The notes below the pieces were generated by a model. That model saw nothing but the letters and a program-made list of their open reading frames with translations, made no database searches and was not told the DNA's origin. Shown piece by piece: positions 61,863-64,000 of a stretch of DNA of 64,000 nt. The first letter of the stretch is position 1. Every line of letters begins with the position of its first letter. The translations under genes were made by a program, and so were the position numbers. The stretch is from positions 32,001 to 96,000 of the forward strand of contig JAULAX010000010.1 in the NCBI GenBank assembly GCA_032654565.1, given 5' to 3'. The stretch is from Anaeromyxobacteraceae bacterium. Its GTDB lineage: Bacteria; Myxococcota; Myxococcia; Myxococcales; Anaeromyxobacteraceae.

Positions 61863-63103
61863 GCCGGCCGCCGTCGGCCCTTCCAGCCCCCGCGGGCGCC
61901 GGCGCTCTTCCCGGCGCCGGGGCGCTTGTGCGGCGGCGTCCCCTGGTGCTGGCGCCCCTCCTCGGCGCGGGCGTGCTCGGACTTGAAGACCTCGGCCTCG
62001 CGCGGCACCTCGGCGCGCGGCAGCAGCACCCGGGTGAGCCGCTCGATGGCCCGCAGCAGGTCGATCTCCTCGGGGGCGCAGAAGGCCGAGGCCTTGCCGC
62101 TGGCCTCGGCGCGGGCGGTCCGGCCGACCCGGTGGACGTAGTCCTCGGGGACGTGGGGCAGGTCGAAGTTGACGACGTGGCCGATGTCGGCGACGTCGAT
62201 GCCGCGGGCGGCGATGTCGGTGGCCACCAGCACCCGGTAGCGCCCGTCCTTGAAGCCATCGAGCGCCATCTTGCGCTGCCCCTGCGACCGGTCGGCGTGG
62301 ATGCGCGCCACCTTGTGGCCGGCCCGCTCCACGCCCTTGGCGACCCGGTCGGCCCGCCGCTTGGTCCGGGTGAAGACCAGCGTGGAGAGGTCGTCCTCGG
62401 CGAGCAGCGTCATCAGGAGCGGGGTCTTCTCCTCCTGGGCGCAGAGGAAGACCCGCTGCTCGGCGCGCGCCGCGGTGGTGCCGCTGCGGGCCACCTCGAC
62501 GCGCACCGGCGCCTTGAGGTGGGAGGTGGCGAACTCGGCCACCTCGCCGGCGGTGGTGGCGGAGAAGAGGAGGGTCTGCCGGTGCTTGGGGAGCCGCTGC
62601 AGGATCTTGGTGAGCTGCGGCTTGAAGCCCATGTCGAGCATCCGGTCGGCCTCGTCGAGCACCAGCACCTCGACGAGATCGAGCTTGGCGGTCCCCTGCT
62701 GCAGGTGGTCGACCAGCCGGCCCGGGGTGGCGATGATCACCTCGATCTTCTCGCGGAAGGCCCGCTCCTGGTTCCCCATCCCCACGCCGCCGATGACCAC
62801 GGCGCCGCGGACGTGGCGCCCCTTGCCGAAGCGCTCCAGCTCCTCGCCGATCTGCAGCGCCAGCTCGCGGGTCGGCGCCAGCACCAGCGCCCGGGTGCCG
62901 GGCTTCCCGGCCAGCCGCTCGATGATGGGGAGCAGGAAGGCGGCGGTCTTGCCGGTGCCGGTGGCGGCGGTGCCGATGACGTCCTTGCCCTCGAGCGCCG
63001 GCGGGATGGCGCGCGCCTGGATCGGGGTGGGGTGCTCGAAGCCGGCGCGGGCCAGCGACTGCAAGGACTTCTCGGACAGGCCCAGCTCGGCGAAGGTCGA
63101 CAC
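61859..63103 (-). CDS. DEAD-box RNA helicase (RhlE-like)
   Basis: Q motif, TGTGKT, PTRELA, TPGRL, DEAD, SAT, ARGID, HRVGRTAR; start either GTG 63103 or ATG 63154. Confidence 0.95.
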   Translation of the reverse strand: MSTFAELGLSEKSLQSLARAGFEHPTPIQARAIPPALEGKDVIGTAATGTGKTAAFLLPIIERLAGKPGTRALVLAPTRELALQIGEELERFGKGRHVRGAVVIGGVGMGNQERAFREKIEVIIATPGRLVDHLQQGTAKLDLVEVLVLDEADRMLDMGFKPQLTKILQRLPKHRQTLLFSATTAGEVAEFATSHLKAPVRVEVARSGTTAARAEQRVFLCAQEEKTPLLMTLLAEDDLSTLVFTRTKRRADRVAKGVERAGHKVARIHADRSQGQRKMALDGFKDGRYRVLVATDIAARGIDVADIGHVVNFDLPHVPEDYVHRVGRTARAEASGKASAFCAPEEIDLLRAIERLTRVLLPRAEVPREAEVFKSEHARAEEGRQHQGTPPHKRPGAGKSAGARGGWKGRRRPA

Positions 63104-63234
63104 GACGGCTCCAGGGTGGCGCGCCCGCCGCATTTCGCGTGCCGGGGAGCGCATGGTGGCGCGGTACTAGCAGGTCCGCCCCGGCAAGGCGAGCCGCGGC
63201 CCCCCCCCGGAGAGGGCGCGGGGCCCCCGGCCGA

Positions 63235-64000
63235 TCAGTCGAGGTCGACGCGCTCGACGCCGGCGATGGAGAGCGACAGGTCGGGGCCGAAGGCCAGCGA
63301 GGGGGTCTGGAAGCCGGTCGGGGCCCGCCCCGCCAGCACCCGCTCGGCGCACTCGACGGCGGCCAGCGCCGTGAAGGCGTACCCCTCGGGCGCGGAGAGG
63401 CGCGCCGTGGCCCGGCGGCCGTCGGCGTGCTCCACCTCGCCGTAGACCAGCGATCGCCCCCGGCCCCGGGCGGCGGCGTCGGGGCCGGTGAGGCGGGAGC
63501 GGACCAGCGCCGCCAGCCCCTGCTGCACCGGGCGTGAACCGAGGACCGGCCCGAGGTAGCGCGAGGCCAGCGAGAAGGCGCGCAGGGCCGGCGGCGCCGC
63601 CATGTAGACCTCGATGTCGGGGATGCCGGTGGAGTGCCAGGCGGTCCAGACGTCGCCCCAGGCGAGGCTCATGCAGCGGACCGGCCCGCGGCCGAAGTCG
63701 AAGTCGCGGGTGCGCCAGGCCGCCGGCACCGGCGTGATCTTCCCGCCGCGCCGGATGGCCCCGCCCCGGTGGATCCCCTCCAGGGCGGTCAGCGTGGTGC
63801 CGCGGGAGAGCTGGCCGAGGGCCCTGAAGGCGAGGACGAGGCGGGAGGCGCCGGGGAGCCGCCGGGCCAGGTGCGCCGCCAGCCCGTCGGTGGGGACCAC
63901 ATCGAAGCCGACCCCGGGCAGCAGCGTGACCCCGGCCGCCCGGGCCTCGGCGTCGCGCCGCGCCAGCGCCGCGAAGACCGCCCCCTCGCCGGTGACGTCG
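63235..64000 (-). CDS. Saccharopine dehydrogenase-family oxidoreductase, 5' partial
   Basis: DVTGE..PGVGFDVVPTD, SRGT, WGDVWTAWHSTGIPDIE, GFQTPS; frame open to the window edge. Confidence 0.85.
   Translation of the reverse strand, partial: DVTGEGAVFAALARRDAEARAAGVTLLPGVGFDVVPTDGLAAHLARRLPGASRLVLAFRALGQLSRGTTLTALEGIHRGGAIRRGGKITPVPAAWRTRDFDFGRGPVRCMSLAWGDVWTAWHSTGIPDIEVYMAAPPALRAFSLASRYLGPVLGSRPVQQGLAALVRSRLTGPDAAARGRGRSLVYGEVEHADGRRATARLSAPEGYAFTALAAVECAERVLAGRAPTGFQTPSLAFGPDLSLSIAGVERVDLD

Overview
Very GC-rich, gene-dense chromosomal window with no IS, prophage, CRISPR, rRNA or tRNA that I can recognise. Gene content (AgmX/GltJ-like zinc-ribbon protein, myxobacterial Cys-rich lipoprotein motif, OmcA/MtrC-type decaheme cytochrome, sigma-54 systems) suggests an Anaeromyxobacter-like Myxococcota (inference). 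In order it holds: the tail of a Liv-type ABC/acyl-CoA ligase operon; a patatin membrane protein; a GH81 beta-1,3-glucanase lipoprotein; a Ni/Co ECF transporter operon with nikR and a clear NikR operator; a Cus-type copper/silver efflux cluster with a CorSR-like sigma-54 two-component system and a cupredoxin; tlpA, lgt-like and terC genes; a decaheme cytochrome with a collagen-like stalk; ybgA and a photolyase; a frameshifted FAD/Fe-S oxidoreductase; pyc; small multiheme cytochromes; slyD; a TetR-RND efflux operon; DUF748; and a DEAD-box helicase. Most interesting unannotated signals: (1) a ~180-nt multi-stem candidate structured RNA at 25320-25499 directly upstream of the lgt-like gene; (2) a shared enhancer-like palindrome plus a sigma-54 promoter in front of both copper transcription units; (3) an MFS gene collapsed by in-frame deletions; (4) a recurring leaderless-promoter architecture. 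All family calls are motif recognition by eye; no database search was run.
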